Of a stretch of DNA of 64,000 nucleotides, positions 40,860 through 50,317 are shown piece by piece (the stretch's first letter is position 1; every line of letters begins with the position of its first letter). Source of the stretch: an uncultured Methylomirabilota bacterium (GTDB lineage Bacteria; Methylomirabilota; Methylomirabilia; Methylomirabilales; 2-02-FULL-66-22); the NCBI GenBank assembly GCA_963845565.1, contig CAWJSJ010000005.1, positions 1-64,000 on the forward strand, in the 5' to 3' direction. The notes beneath the pieces are model-generated. The model saw only the letters and a program-made list of their open reading frames with translations, was not told where the DNA came from and did not search any database. The translations under genes and the position numbers were made by a program.

Positions 40860-42257
40860 ATGAGCATGGATTTTCTCTCCCTTGATTTGCCCGAATCCGT
40901 GATGCGAGGGATTCAGATCGCCGGATTCACGACCTGCACTCCCATCCAGGAAGAAACGCTGCCGATCGCGCTCCGCGGGCGCGACGTGGCCGGCCAGGCC
41001 CAAACCGGGACCGGCAAGACGGCCGCCTTTCTGATCGCGATCTTCACGCGCCTCTTGCGGGAGCCCGACCGGCGCCGGAAGGGCATGGCTGCGCCCCGCG
41101 CCCTGGTGGTCGCGCCGACGCGGGAACTGGCCGTGCAGATCTACAACGACGCCTGCCTCCTCGGGCAGGAGACGGGCCTTGACATGCAGGTGGTCTACGG
41201 CGGCGTGGACTACCACAAGCAGCGCGAAACGCTCCGGGCCGGCGTGGACCTGCTCGTCGGGACGCCCGGGCGACTCATCGACTACTTCAAGCAGGGCGTG
41301 TTCGAACTGAACGCCGTGGAGGTGCTGGTCATCGACGAGGCGGACCGGATGTTCGATATGGGGTTCATCAAGGACATCCGCTACTTCGTCCGACACCTGC
41401 CGCCGCCGGAAAAGCGTCAATCCTCGCTCTTCTCGGCAACGCTGAGCCAGCAAGTGCTGGAGTTGGCGTACGAGTCCATGAACAATCCGACCATGGTAGC
41501 GGTGGCGCCGGAACGGGTGACCGCAGACGGTATCGAAGAGGTGCTCTACCATGTGTCGCGGGAGGAGAAGTTCCCGCTGTTCCTCGGCCTCATGGCGCGG
41601 GAGCAAGGAAAACGGATCCTGATTTTCGCCAACATGAAGCACGAGGTGGAGCGGCTGGCCGACCGACTGATCCGGCAGGGGTACCACGCCCGGGCTATTA
41701 CCGGCGATGTGGATCAGCATAAGCGTCTGAAAATCATGGAGGCCTTCAAGGAGGGGGGACTTCACATCCTGGTCGCCACGGATGTCGCCTCCCGGGGCCT
41801 GCACATCGAGGCCGTGACCCACGTCGTGAACTACGACCTGCCGCAGGACCCCGAAGACTACGTCCATCGGATCGGTCGGACGGCCCGCGCCGGCGCCTCG
41901 GGGAAGGCCATCAGCCTGGCGGACGAGGCCTGCGTGCTCGCCCTCCCGGCCATCGAGGAACTCATCGGCCACAAGATTCCCGTGGAGTGGGCAGGCGACG
42001 ACCTCTTCGTGAAACCTACGTGGGGCGCGGATGCGCCGTCTTCGGCGGCTCCGCGCCGCCGTCCGGCGCGCGGCAAGTCGACCGGCCCGTCCCGTCCAAG
42101 GCGCCCGTCCGGTCCGGCCCGGCCAAGTCGACCGGCCCAGCCTGCCCGCCCTGCCCAACCGGTGGCCCAAGAGGGCGAGGTGAAGAAGAAGCGCCGGCGT
42201 CGCCGAAAAAAACCGGCGGGCGCTGGGACGCCGCCGCCTGGAGGCGGCGAGCCCTAA
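40860..42257 (+). CDS. DEAD-box RNA helicase (RhlB-like)
   Basis: GFTTCTPIQ, AQTGTGKT, PTRELA, DEAD, SAT, HRIGRTAR; basic low-complexity tail. Confidence 0.95.
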   Translation: MSMDFLSLDLPESVMRGIQIAGFTTCTPIQEETLPIALRGRDVAGQAQTGTGKTAAFLIAIFTRLLREPDRRRKGMAAPRALVVAPTRELAVQIYNDACLLGQETGLDMQVVYGGVDYHKQRETLRAGVDLLVGTPGRLIDYFKQGVFELNAVEVLVIDEADRMFDMGFIKDIRYFVRHLPPPEKRQSSLFSATLSQQVLELAYESMNNPTMVAVAPERVTADGIEEVLYHVSREEKFPLFLGLMAREQGKRILIFANMKHEVERLADRLIRQGYHARAITGDVDQHKRLKIMEAFKEGGLHILVATDVASRGLHIEAVTHVVNYDLPQDPEDYVHRIGRTARAGASGKAISLADEACVLALPAIEELIGHKIPVEWAGDDLFVKPTWGADAPSSAAPRRRPARGKSTGPSRPRRPSGPARPSRPAQPARPAQPVAQEGEVKKKRRRRRKKPAGAGTPPPGGGEP

Positions 42258-42307
42258 GCCGTTGTCAAAGACCGACTTGAATGGACAGGTTATTTCGTAA
42301 CGGCTCC
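42255..42307 (-). mobile_element. Repeat family R2, internally deleted copy
   Basis: TAAGCCGTTGTCAAAG...GTTATTTCGTAACGGCTCC; overlaps helicase stop codon. Confidence 0.75.
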
Positions 42308-42344
42308 GAACGGCCGCGCTGATGTTCCCGAGAGGAGATCGTGT

Positions 42345-42662
42345 ATGCCGACGAAGGACGAGCACTTTGGAATCGGCCTGGGCCTGTACGGGAAGAGCCG
42401 GTACGAGGAAGCCTTGGCCGAGCTCGCCAAGGCGGTGGAGCTGGATCCCCAATTCGCCGATGCACACCTGGCCATCGGGCACACGCTGCACAAGCTGAAG
42501 CGGCTACCCGAGGCGGTGGATGCGATCAAGAAGGCGATCGCCATCAACGCGCAAGAGGTCCTGTACCATACGAGCCTTTCCACCGTCTACCGGGACATGG
42601 GGATGATTCCCGAGGCGGAGGAAGAGATGGCGGTCTCGTTTCAATTGCAGCGCGGGTACTAG
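42345..42662 (+). CDS. Small TPR protein
   Basis: Two to three TPR-like repeats. Confidence 0.85.
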   Translation: MPTKDEHFGIGLGLYGKSRYEEALAELAKAVELDPQFADAHLAIGHTLHKLKRLPEAVDAIKKAIAINAQEVLYHTSLSTVYRDMGMIPEAEEEMAVSFQLQRGY

Positions 42663-42665
42663 AGG

Positions 42666-42751
42666 AATTGTCGATTGACGATTGTCGATTGACGATTCGA
42701 TTCCTCGGACCGTGTCTGCAATCTGCAATCGACAATCGGCAATCGTAAATT
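42666..42751. repeat. Inverted arrays of heptamers
   Basis: (GATTGAC/GATTGTC)n ... (CAATCGA/CAATCGG/CAATCTG)n. Confidence 0.75.
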
Positions 42752-42769
42752 CCGTCAGCGGAGTTCCCC

Positions 42770-43132
42770 GTGAGCCAGACCAACTCGACCGATCCGGCCG
42801 ACATTGCCGTCAGTCGCGAGCAGCGCGAACTGCGCATGCGCTGGGCGGATGGTCACGAGAGCGTGTATCCCTTCGACCTGCTTCGCAGGGAGTGTCCGTG
42901 CGCCCTCTGCAACGACCAGCGGAGCAAGAGAGCCGCCGGCGGAGGGTTGAGCCTCACCGTTCTGAGCGGGCCGGTGCTGCAGGCGGGGGAGGTGCAGGCG
43001 ACGAGTGTCACGCCGGTCGGGCGCTACGCCATCAACTTCGTCTGGAGCGACGGGCACGACAGCGGGATCTATGCGTTCGAGTATCTGCGAGGACTGTGCC
43101 CATGTCCCGTGTGCCGAGCCGCAGGCACATGA
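42770..43132 (+). CDS. DUF971-family protein
   Basis: WADGH, LRRECPCALC, VGRYAI, WSDGHDSGIY. Confidence 0.9.
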   Translation: MSQTNSTDPADIAVSREQRELRMRWADGHESVYPFDLLRRECPCALCNDQRSKRAAGGGLSLTVLSGPVLQAGEVQATSVTPVGRYAINFVWSDGHDSGIYAFEYLRGLCPCPVCRAAGT

Positions 43133-43238
43133 TCGGTCGCCGGCTCCCGTGGGTCGGCCGCGGCTCCTTGTGCCGTTTCCGGAAGTTCCCGGGCCAAGTC
43201 ATTCTTCGACAGCGGTTTGGCCGGGGATGAGGGGTGTA

Positions 43239-43733
43239 ATGGATCAGCCGGGAGGAAGTAAGACAGACGCGCGTCAGCCCAATAGCGAGAAGGCTGGAGG
43301 TGCGTTGGGGGCGCAGCGCCGGGGGCGCCGGCGCCGTGGGCGACGACCGCCGGAATCGACACCGCCGCAACCAGCGCCGGCGATTCCTCGGTGGGGCGCC
43401 GAGCCCGGGGCCAAGATCTGTCGGAAATGCGGTGGCCGAATGCATGCGGCGGACTGGATCTGGCAGAAGTACGGGCTCTGCCTCGGATGGCGCTGTGCCA
43501 ACTGCAAGGAAAAGGTCATGGCGCGCTCGTTGCCGTTCAAGGGGCTGCGGAAGCGGACGCTCGACCCCGACGAAGCGCCGCCCGTTGCTGCGCCTCGCGC
43601 CGCCTCGGATCGGATGCCAACGACGCCGAGACCTGGACTGCCACAAACCGGGAACCGCGCCGATACCGGGAGGCCCCGCCCGGCCCGCCCCACCCGGCGC
43701 CCATCCGCGGGTGGGCGCCCGAGGCCGACCTGA
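43239..43733 (+). CDS. Hypothetical protein with central Zn-ribbon
   Basis: CRKCGG...WRCANC flanked by Arg/Pro-rich tails; operonic spacing. Confidence 0.55.
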   Translation: MDQPGGSKTDARQPNSEKAGGALGAQRRGRRRRGRRPPESTPPQPAPAIPRWGAEPGAKICRKCGGRMHAADWIWQKYGLCLGWRCANCKEKVMARSLPFKGLRKRTLDPDEAPPVAAPRAASDRMPTTPRPGLPQTGNRADTGRPRPARPTRRPSAGGRPRPT

Positions 43734-43736
43734 TCC

Positions 43737-44756
43737 ATGAAGGCTATTCTTCCCCTTGCCTCCGGCGGCTTCGGCCTATCGGAGGTTGTGCCGCCGACCA
43801 TCGGACCGGGCGAGATCCTGCTCGAAATGCGGGCTTGCGGCTTGTGCGGGACCGATCTGGCGAAGCTTGCCCACCCGCAGGATTCGCAGGGGGCGCGGCT
43901 CGGCCACGAATTTTCCGGGGTGGTACGGGCCGTGGGTGCGCAGGTGACCCGCTTCGCCCCCGGAGATCGCATCGCGGCCGCGCATCACGTTCCCTGCGGC
44001 TCGTGCTGGTCTTGCCGGCACGGCAACGAATCCATGTGCCGGCAGTTCAAGACCACCAACGTCGATCCTTGCGGCTTCGCCGAGCTGATCCGGATTCCCC
44101 GGCCGCACGTGGAGCAGGTCACCTTCCGCCTCCCCGATGACCTGACGTACGAGGAGGCGTCTTTCGCGGAGCCGCTGGCGTGCGCGGTACGGGCCGTGGA
44201 GCGGTCCCAGGTCCTTTCGGGCGACCGGATCGCCGTGGTGGGCGGCGGCGGCATGGGACTGCTCATCGCACAGGTGATCCTCGCCCAGGGGGCGGACGCG
44301 ATCGTCTTGGATATCTCGGACGCTCGCCTCGCGCTGGCGGTCCAGGTCGGCGTGCGGCTGGCCGTCAACCCCGGCGCGGCCGGTGTGGGCCGGACGCTGG
44401 CGGACCTGACCGAGGGTGTGGGCGTGGATGGGGCGATTCTCACGGTGGTGAACGGCCGGATTCTGGAGGACACGCAGCGCGCCGTGCGCGCGGGCGGCCG
44501 CATCAACGTGTTTGCGGAGGCGGCGGACGGGCCGCGCCTCGCCATGGATTTCGTGGATCTCTATCATCGGGAACTGGCCGTCTTCGCGACCTATTCCTCG
44601 ACGCCCGCGACGCTCGCCCGGGCGGTCGAACTCCTTTCCGGCCGCCGGATCCGCGTGGCGCCGCTCATCAGCCATCGCTTGCCGCTCGAGGCATTCGATG
44701 AGGGGGTGCGTCTGCAGCGGGAGGGGAAGGCGACCAAGGTGGTGTACCACCCATGA
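43737..44756 (+). CDS. Zn-dependent medium-chain dehydrogenase
   Basis: CGLCGTD, GHE, CGSCWSC...C, GGGGMG. Confidence 0.92.
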   Translation: MKAILPLASGGFGLSEVVPPTIGPGEILLEMRACGLCGTDLAKLAHPQDSQGARLGHEFSGVVRAVGAQVTRFAPGDRIAAAHHVPCGSCWSCRHGNESMCRQFKTTNVDPCGFAELIRIPRPHVEQVTFRLPDDLTYEEASFAEPLACAVRAVERSQVLSGDRIAVVGGGGMGLLIAQVILAQGADAIVLDISDARLALAVQVGVRLAVNPGAAGVGRTLADLTEGVGVDGAILTVVNGRILEDTQRAVRAGGRINVFAEAADGPRLAMDFVDLYHRELAVFATYSSTPATLARAVELLSGRRIRVAPLISHRLPLEAFDEGVRLQREGKATKVVYHP

Positions 44757-45865
44757 CGCCTCCGTCAGTTGAATCGAGCGCCTTCACCCCGGCGCTGCCG
44801 GCATCCCGGCAGATGCGCGCCGCCCTCCTCTATGGCGCCGAAGACGTCCGTTTCGAAGAGGTCCCCATTCCACGGACCGGGCCGGGCGAGGTGCTGGTCC
44901 GGGTGGACGTGGCCTCGGTGGATTTCACGGACCGGAAGGTATTCCTCCGCGGCCATCACCCCATGATCAAGACGCCCGGTCTCTTCGGCCACGAGTGGGC
45001 CGGCATGATCGCAGAAGTGGGCGCGGGCGTCGAGATCCGCTGGCGTCCAGGGCAACGCGTGGCATCCGCGAATTCCGCCCCGTGTCAACCGGCGGAAGGC
45101 CCTCTCTGTCGGCAGTGTCGGCGCGGCCGGCCGAGCATGTGCGAGACCATCGAGTACCTGAACGGCGCGTTCGCGCCATACATTCTTGTGCCCAAGCGAT
45201 TGGCCAGCGTCAACCTGCATCCCGTGCCGGGCGGTGTCTCTCTGGAGCAGATGGTGTTCACCGAACCATACGCCTGCGCCGTCCAGGCCGCGCGGCGAGT
45301 GTCGGTGCTTCCGGGTGACGTCGTGGTGGTTCTGGGGGCGGGCCCCATGGGTCTGTTCATGGTGAACGCGTTGCGCCGCCGCCACGGTCGGGAATTCATC
45401 ATTGTCTCGCTGGATCGGCTCGACAGTCGTCTGCGCGTGGCGACGGCCTTTGGAGCCACCCATGCGTTGAACACGACCGATCGCCCCTCCCGCGATGCTT
45501 TGCAGGAGGCGATCGGGCGACCCGATGCCGACGTGGTCATCGAGGTGATCGGCGCCGTGGAGACACACCGCGAGGCCCTGAGCCTGGTGGGCCGAGGCGG
45601 AACGCTCATCTCCTTCGGCGGTGTGGCCCCGGGTCAGACTTTGCCGGTGGACATCGGCCACCTGCATTACCAAGAGATCGCCATCCAGCCCATCTACCAT
45701 CACACCCCCATCGACGTCGCCGAGGCGGTGCGCCAACTGGTCGCCGGCGAGGTCCCGGTCGAACAACTCATTACGGCCCGGCTCCCGATGTCAGAGCTCA
45801 AGACCGCTCTCCAGATGGTGGCCGACCGGACCACGCTACGGACGATACTTCTTCCGGATCGGTGA
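44753..45865 (+). CDS. Zn-dependent medium-chain dehydrogenase (atypical catalytic site)
   Basis: GHE, GAGPMG; VDFTD replaces the usual CGTD. Confidence 0.88.
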   Translation: MTPPSVESSAFTPALPASRQMRAALLYGAEDVRFEEVPIPRTGPGEVLVRVDVASVDFTDRKVFLRGHHPMIKTPGLFGHEWAGMIAEVGAGVEIRWRPGQRVASANSAPCQPAEGPLCRQCRRGRPSMCETIEYLNGAFAPYILVPKRLASVNLHPVPGGVSLEQMVFTEPYACAVQAARRVSVLPGDVVVVLGAGPMGLFMVNALRRRHGREFIIVSLDRLDSRLRVATAFGATHALNTTDRPSRDALQEAIGRPDADVVIEVIGAVETHREALSLVGRGGTLISFGGVAPGQTLPVDIGHLHYQEIAIQPIYHHTPIDVAEAVRQLVAGEVPVEQLITARLPMSELKTALQMVADRTTLRTILLPDR

Positions 45866-45901
45866 TCCGTTCGTCACCCGACAGACCTTCGCGGTTTCCC
45901 G

Positions 45902-45929
45902 TTGACACCACCTCGGAGCTTGATACCAT
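45902..45929 (+). promoter_or_regulatory. Sigma70-like promoter for the nucleotidyltransferase module
   Basis: TTGACA-16 bp-TACCAT. Confidence 0.55.
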
Positions 45930-45974
45930 CGCCCACAGCCACGACACGGTGAGGCCGGAGGATGGCCCCTGACG

Positions 45975-46493
45975 ATGATCGGTGAGATCGAAGCGGTCGT
46001 CGATTCCCTGAATCGGGCACAGGTTCGCTACCTCGTTGTGGGAGGCGTCGCCGTCGTTTTGCATGGATACCTACGAACCACGGCGGATCTTGACCTTGTC
46101 ATTCACCTAGCCCCCGACAATGCCCTGAGGGCGGTCAAAGCCCTGGCGGCCCTACAGTACCGCCCGCGAGCTCCGGTCAACTTCGAGGCCTTCGCGCAAC
46201 GGGAAGCGCGCGAGTCCTGGTTACGCGAGAAGGGCCTGACGGTTTTCTCGCTGTGGAGCCCCGCCCGCCCAACTCTGGAGATCGATCTCTTCGTTTCCGA
46301 GCCATTCGATTTCGAAGTCGTGTATGCGCGGGCGCTTCGGGTGCGGCTGCAGAGATCCGAGGCGACGGTGGTGTCCCTCGACGATCTGATCGATCTCAAG
46401 AGGCAAGTGAACCGCCCGCGCGATCAGGAAGACGTAGCCGCCCTGGAGGCCTTGAAGGGGGAAACGATGCAAGAAGGCGGCCCCGATGAGTGA
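45975..46493 (+). CDS. Pol-beta superfamily nucleotidyltransferase (putative toxin-antitoxin component)
   Basis: VVGGVAVVLHG...RTTADLD, third Asp in EIDLF, C-terminal K...RPRDQED. Confidence 0.85.
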   Translation: MIGEIEAVVDSLNRAQVRYLVVGGVAVVLHGYLRTTADLDLVIHLAPDNALRAVKALAALQYRPRAPVNFEAFAQREARESWLREKGLTVFSLWSPARPTLEIDLFVSEPFDFEVVYARALRVRLQRSEATVVSLDDLIDLKRQVNRPRDQEDVAALEALKGETMQEGGPDE

Positions 46494-46701
46494 GGCCGGT
46501 GCGAATCTCTGGGCGAAAGGGCACGCGGGATTCGATCGTGGGTTCGACGGGCACTGGCGCCGTCAAGTCCGGCTTGGACTTGCCCTGACGCCGGCCCAGC
46601 GACTGCGCTGGCTCGAACAGACCATGGACGAGCTTCGGCCACTCGTCGGCCGTGCCCGCCTTGCCAAGTCCTCTTCCGAGAAAAGTCCGGGAGCAGCCTG
46701 A
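46486..46701 (+). CDS. Small protein coupled to the nucleotidyltransferase
   Basis: 8-bp overlap; helical motif LTPAQRLRWLEQ. Confidence 0.65.
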   Translation: MSEAGANLWAKGHAGFDRGFDGHWRRQVRLGLALTPAQRLRWLEQTMDELRPLVGRARLAKSSSEKSPGAA

Positions 46702-46746
46702 CCCGTTCCGTCGCCATCATTTTCCGCGACAGTAATGGCGACCGGC

Positions 46747-46842
46747 ACGTCGCGCCTTCCCATGTCCGAACTCACCGCCACCCTCCAGATGGTGGCCGAC
46801 CGGACCACCTTGCGGACGGATATGCGTCGGGACCGCCACTAA
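46747..46842 (+). repeat. Diverged duplicate of the 3' end of the dehydrogenase gene (45773-45865)
   Basis: TSRLPMSELTATLQMVADRTTLRT versus TARLPMSELKTALQMVADRTTLRT. Confidence 0.85.
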
Positions 46843-46874
46843 GTCTTTAACCGCCACCCCGCCGACCTTTCCGC

Positions 46875-46930
46875 TTGACAGGCACGATGCGCCTCGGCTA
46901 GTCTGCCGCATTATTGAAACCGGTTTCAAT
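46875..46930 (+). promoter_or_regulatory. Promoter with LacI-type operator
   Basis: TTGACA-18 bp-TAGTCT, then perfect palindrome ATTGAAACCGGTTTCAAT (46913-46930). Confidence 0.85.
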
Positions 46931-46947
46931 GAATCCTTTTTTGGACC

Positions 46948-48057
46948 GTGGCCGTGCCCGAACAGCGCGCACCGATCCATTCTCCCACCGTGTCCGACGT
47001 GGCGCGCCGCGCGCGTGTCTCGCGCGCCACCGTGTCCCGAGTGCTCAACCGGTACCCCCACGTCCGCTCTGAGGTCCGCGCCCGCGTGGAGCGGGCCATG
47101 GCAGCGCTCGCGTATCGACCGGACGCGGTAGCGCGCAGCCTGGCCCGGCGTGAGACGCGGACCCTCGGGTTGGTGGTGACCGACATCACAAACCCGTTCT
47201 ACGCGGAGACGGCGGCGGCCATCGTCAAGACCGCGCGTGCCCACGGCTACACCGTGATCCTCTGCGACACCGACAATATCGCGGATCTGCAGGCAGAGTA
47301 CATCGAGGTCCTCCGCCAGCGGCGGGTGGACGGGATCATCCTGGGTTCGGTGTTCCTCCGCGACCCGGCGGTGGAGCGACTGATCGACTCCGGCATGCCC
47401 TGCATGCTCTACAACCGTCGGCTCCGCTCGGGCCGAGGGAACTACGTGGTCCTGGACAACCTCCGGGCGGGGCGGGAGCTCACCCGGCATCTGCTGGGGC
47501 TCGGCCACTGCCGCATCGGCTTCATCGGGACGCTGGCCGGACTGTCGTCCGCCGCCGACCGACGGCGTGGGTACGGGGCGGCTCTGCGGGAGGCCGGCGT
47601 CCGCCCGCAGGCGCAGTTCGTCCGTATGCGCGGGGTGAAGCCGGAACTGGCGCGGGAAGCGGCCCGGGAGATTCTAGCCCTCCCGGATCGGCCGACCGCC
47701 ATCGTGGCAAGCAGCGACCGGGTGGCGTTGAGCGTGATGGAGATCGCCGCGGAGATGGGGTTGTCCGTCCCCGGTGACCTGGCCGTGGTCGGGGTGGACA
47801 ACATCCCCATGGCCGCCCACCAGGCCATCCAGCTCACGACGGTGGACCAGCACCTCGCCGAGATGGGCCGCCTGGCCGTGGAGGGCCTTCTGGGCATCAT
47901 TCGTGACCCGGAGCGCTATCGGCGGAGTCCGTTGCAGCAGGTCCTGGCGCCGACGCTCATCGTGCGGCGGACCTGCGGGGCGCTCGACCCGCGAGCGACG
48001 GTGCGGGGACGGCGGCTGCGATCATCCGCAGACCACAAAGGAGGCAGTCGTGGCTGA
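46948..48057 (+). CDS. LacI-family transcriptional regulator
   Basis: DVARRARVSRATVSRVLN, ARSL hinge, LTTV. Confidence 0.95.
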   Translation: MAVPEQRAPIHSPTVSDVARRARVSRATVSRVLNRYPHVRSEVRARVERAMAALAYRPDAVARSLARRETRTLGLVVTDITNPFYAETAAAIVKTARAHGYTVILCDTDNIADLQAEYIEVLRQRRVDGIILGSVFLRDPAVERLIDSGMPCMLYNRRLRSGRGNYVVLDNLRAGRELTRHLLGLGHCRIGFIGTLAGLSSAADRRRGYGAALREAGVRPQAQFVRMRGVKPELAREAAREILALPDRPTAIVASSDRVALSVMEIAAEMGLSVPGDLAVVGVDNIPMAAHQAIQLTTVDQHLAEMGRLAVEGLLGIIRDPERYRRSPLQQVLAPTLIVRRTCGALDPRATVRGRRLRSSADHKGGSRG

Positions 48058-49642
48058 GCGCAAGAAACCGATTCTCACGGCGGAGGAAGCTGCCCAGCTC
48101 GTTCCGAGTGGCGCCACGGTCACCGTGAGCAGCTCGGCGGCCCAGCTCGTTCCGGACAAGGTGCTGGCGGGGATCGGGGCGCGCTTTCTGGCGACGGGGG
48201 AGCCGAAGGGACTCACCATGCTCTTCCCGGTGGCGGTGGGCGACTCCTTCGGCACCGTGGGGATGGATCACCTGGCCCACATCGGCCTGATCAAGCGGCT
48301 CATCGGCGGCTCGTACGTGAACGGTCCGGCCTCGAAGCCGCCTCCGAAGATCTACGCCATGATCTTGAACGACCAGGTGGAGGCCTACAACCTTCCCCTT
48401 GGGGTCCTGATGCACCTGCACCGGGATATCGCAGCCAGGAAGCCGGGGGTCATCACCAAGATCGGATTGGGGACGTTCGTGGACCCCCGGGACCGAGGCG
48501 GGCGGATGAATGGCGTGACGCCGCCGGACCTGGTCGAGGTCATCCAGTTGCTGGGAGAGGAATGGCTGCTCTACCGGAGCTTCCCCATCCAGGTGGCCAT
48601 CATCCGGGGGACCTCGGCGGACGTGAATGGGAACATCACCACGGAGCACGAGGGGGTGACGCTGGCCGTCCTGGCCCAGGCGACGGCAGCGCACAACTCC
48701 GGCGGTAAGGTCATCGCCCAGGTGAAGCGCGTGGTGGCCGCGGGCACGCTTGACCCCCAGAAGGTGAAAGTCCCGGGAATCCTGGTGGACGCACTGGTGG
48801 TGGACCCGGACCAGCGCCAGAACACGGGGATTGCTTATGATCCGGCCATCAGCGGCGAAATCCACGCCGCGACGTTTCCGGTCGAGCCGGTGCCGCTCGG
48901 CCCGGAGAAGGTCATTGCGCGGCGCGCGCTCATGCAGATCCGGTCCGGCGACATCGTGAATCTGGGGTTCGGCATCTCCTCCCTGGTTCCGCAGATCGCT
49001 TTCGAGGAGGGGGTGTTCGACCGACTGAACTTCACGGTCGAGCAGGGGGCGGTGAATGGGCTGCCGCTCACCGGCTTCGCCTTCGGCGCCTCCCACAACC
49101 CCGAGGCGATCATCGACTCGCCGGCGCAGTTCGACCTGATCGACGGGGGCGGCGTGACGGTCGGCTGCCTGGCATTTGCCGAGGTGGACGGTGCGGGGAA
49201 CGTGAACGTCAGCCGACTGAAAGCCCAACCCCACGTGCTGGCGGGGGCGGGCGGCTTCATCAATATTGCCATGGGGACGCGAAAACTGGTGTATTGCGGG
49301 ACGCTGATGGCGGGCGGCCTGGACATCCGGATCGAGGACGGCCGGGTCCGGATCGTCCAGGAGGGGCGGTTCCAGAAGTTCGTGGAACGGGCGCAGGATG
49401 TGACATTCAACGGGCCGCGGGCGGCCGAGCAGGGGCAGGAGGTCTGGTACTTCACGGAACGCGGCGTGTTCCGCCTGGATCGCCAGGGACTGCTTCTGGT
49501 TGAGGTGGCGCCGGGCGTGGACCTGGACCGGGACATCCGGTCGAAGGTGGGCTTCCCGCTCCGGGTGGCGCCGGAGTGCCGGACGATGGATGCGCGCATC
49601 TTCCGCCCCGAGCCGATGGGGTTGGCGGCGGAGTGGACGTAG
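48050..49642 (+). CDS. Acyl-CoA:acetate/propionate CoA-transferase (YdiF/Pct-like, fused)
   Basis: GLGTFVDPR, VNLGFG, catalytic Glu in TVEQG, GNVNVS, GGFINI, TERGVF. Confidence 0.93.
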   Translation: MAERKKPILTAEEAAQLVPSGATVTVSSSAAQLVPDKVLAGIGARFLATGEPKGLTMLFPVAVGDSFGTVGMDHLAHIGLIKRLIGGSYVNGPASKPPPKIYAMILNDQVEAYNLPLGVLMHLHRDIAARKPGVITKIGLGTFVDPRDRGGRMNGVTPPDLVEVIQLLGEEWLLYRSFPIQVAIIRGTSADVNGNITTEHEGVTLAVLAQATAAHNSGGKVIAQVKRVVAAGTLDPQKVKVPGILVDALVVDPDQRQNTGIAYDPAISGEIHAATFPVEPVPLGPEKVIARRALMQIRSGDIVNLGFGISSLVPQIAFEEGVFDRLNFTVEQGAVNGLPLTGFAFGASHNPEAIIDSPAQFDLIDGGGVTVGCLAFAEVDGAGNVNVSRLKAQPHVLAGAGGFINIAMGTRKLVYCGTLMAGGLDIRIEDGRVRIVQEGRFQKFVERAQDVTFNGPRAAEQGQEVWYFTERGVFRLDRQGLLLVEVAPGVDLDRDIRSKVGFPLRVAPECRTMDARIFRPEPMGLAAEWT

Positions 49643-49710
49643 GGAAAAATTCGAATTTCGAAATCCGAAATTGAGAGACGGGCGAAAGACCGGCCGAAAG
49701 GGGAGTTGCG

Positions 49711-50160
49711 ATGGAGCGGTACTACGAGGACATGATGGTCGGAGAGGAGCACGTCTCGCCGGCGCGTACCATCACCGAGGCCGACGTGGTGAACTTCTCG
49801 GCCTTCTCGGGGGACTGGAGCCCGGTCCACAGCGACGAGGAGTGGTGCAAGCAGACGCCCTTCAAGACGCGGATTGCCCACGGGCTCCTCGGGCTGGCTC
49901 TGACCGAAGGGCTCAAGTTCCGCATTCCCGAATTCAGCGCGGCGCGCTACATGGCGTCGCTCTACTGGAACTACAAATTCACGGCGCCGATCCTGATCGG
50001 GGATACGGTCCGGCTGAGGGTGACTATCCAGAGCAAACGGGAGACAAAAAAACCGGACCGTGGGATCGTGATCGAGTACGTGGCGATGCTGAACCAACGG
50101 AATGAGGTGGTCGGCGAAGGCGAGCACGGCCTGATGGTCTACCGCAAGGGCAGTCTGTGA
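49711..50160 (+). CDS. MaoC-family (R)-specific acyl-CoA dehydratase
   Basis: RTITEADV, SGDWSPVH, RIAHG. Confidence 0.92.
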   Translation: MERYYEDMMVGEEHVSPARTITEADVVNFSAFSGDWSPVHSDEEWCKQTPFKTRIAHGLLGLALTEGLKFRIPEFSAARYMASLYWNYKFTAPILIGDTVRLRVTIQSKRETKKPDRGIVIEYVAMLNQRNEVVGEGEHGLMVYRKGSL

Positions 50161-50177
50161 CACGAGGGAACCCAAGT

Positions 50178-50260
50178 AACCGCAGATTACGCAGATTGCG
50201 CAGATTCTCCGAGAACCCAAGTGGCGGGATCCATCTGTGTCATCTGTGAAATTAGCGGTT
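50178..50260. repeat. Repeat family R3 (inverted 9-mer arrays)
   Basis: AACCGCAGATTACGCAGATTGCGCAGATT ... ATCTGTGTCATCTGTGAAATTAGCGGTT. Confidence 0.75.
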
Positions 50261-50317
50261 TAGGCCAGATCGCTTGGTGGCCCAGTTGCCAAATTGCCAT
50301 CACTTATGGAGGCGGGA

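Noticed and set aside
42050..42160. Repetitive tract at the end of the helicase gene
   Set aside because: Ordinary Pro/Arg-rich disordered tail of a DEAD-box protein
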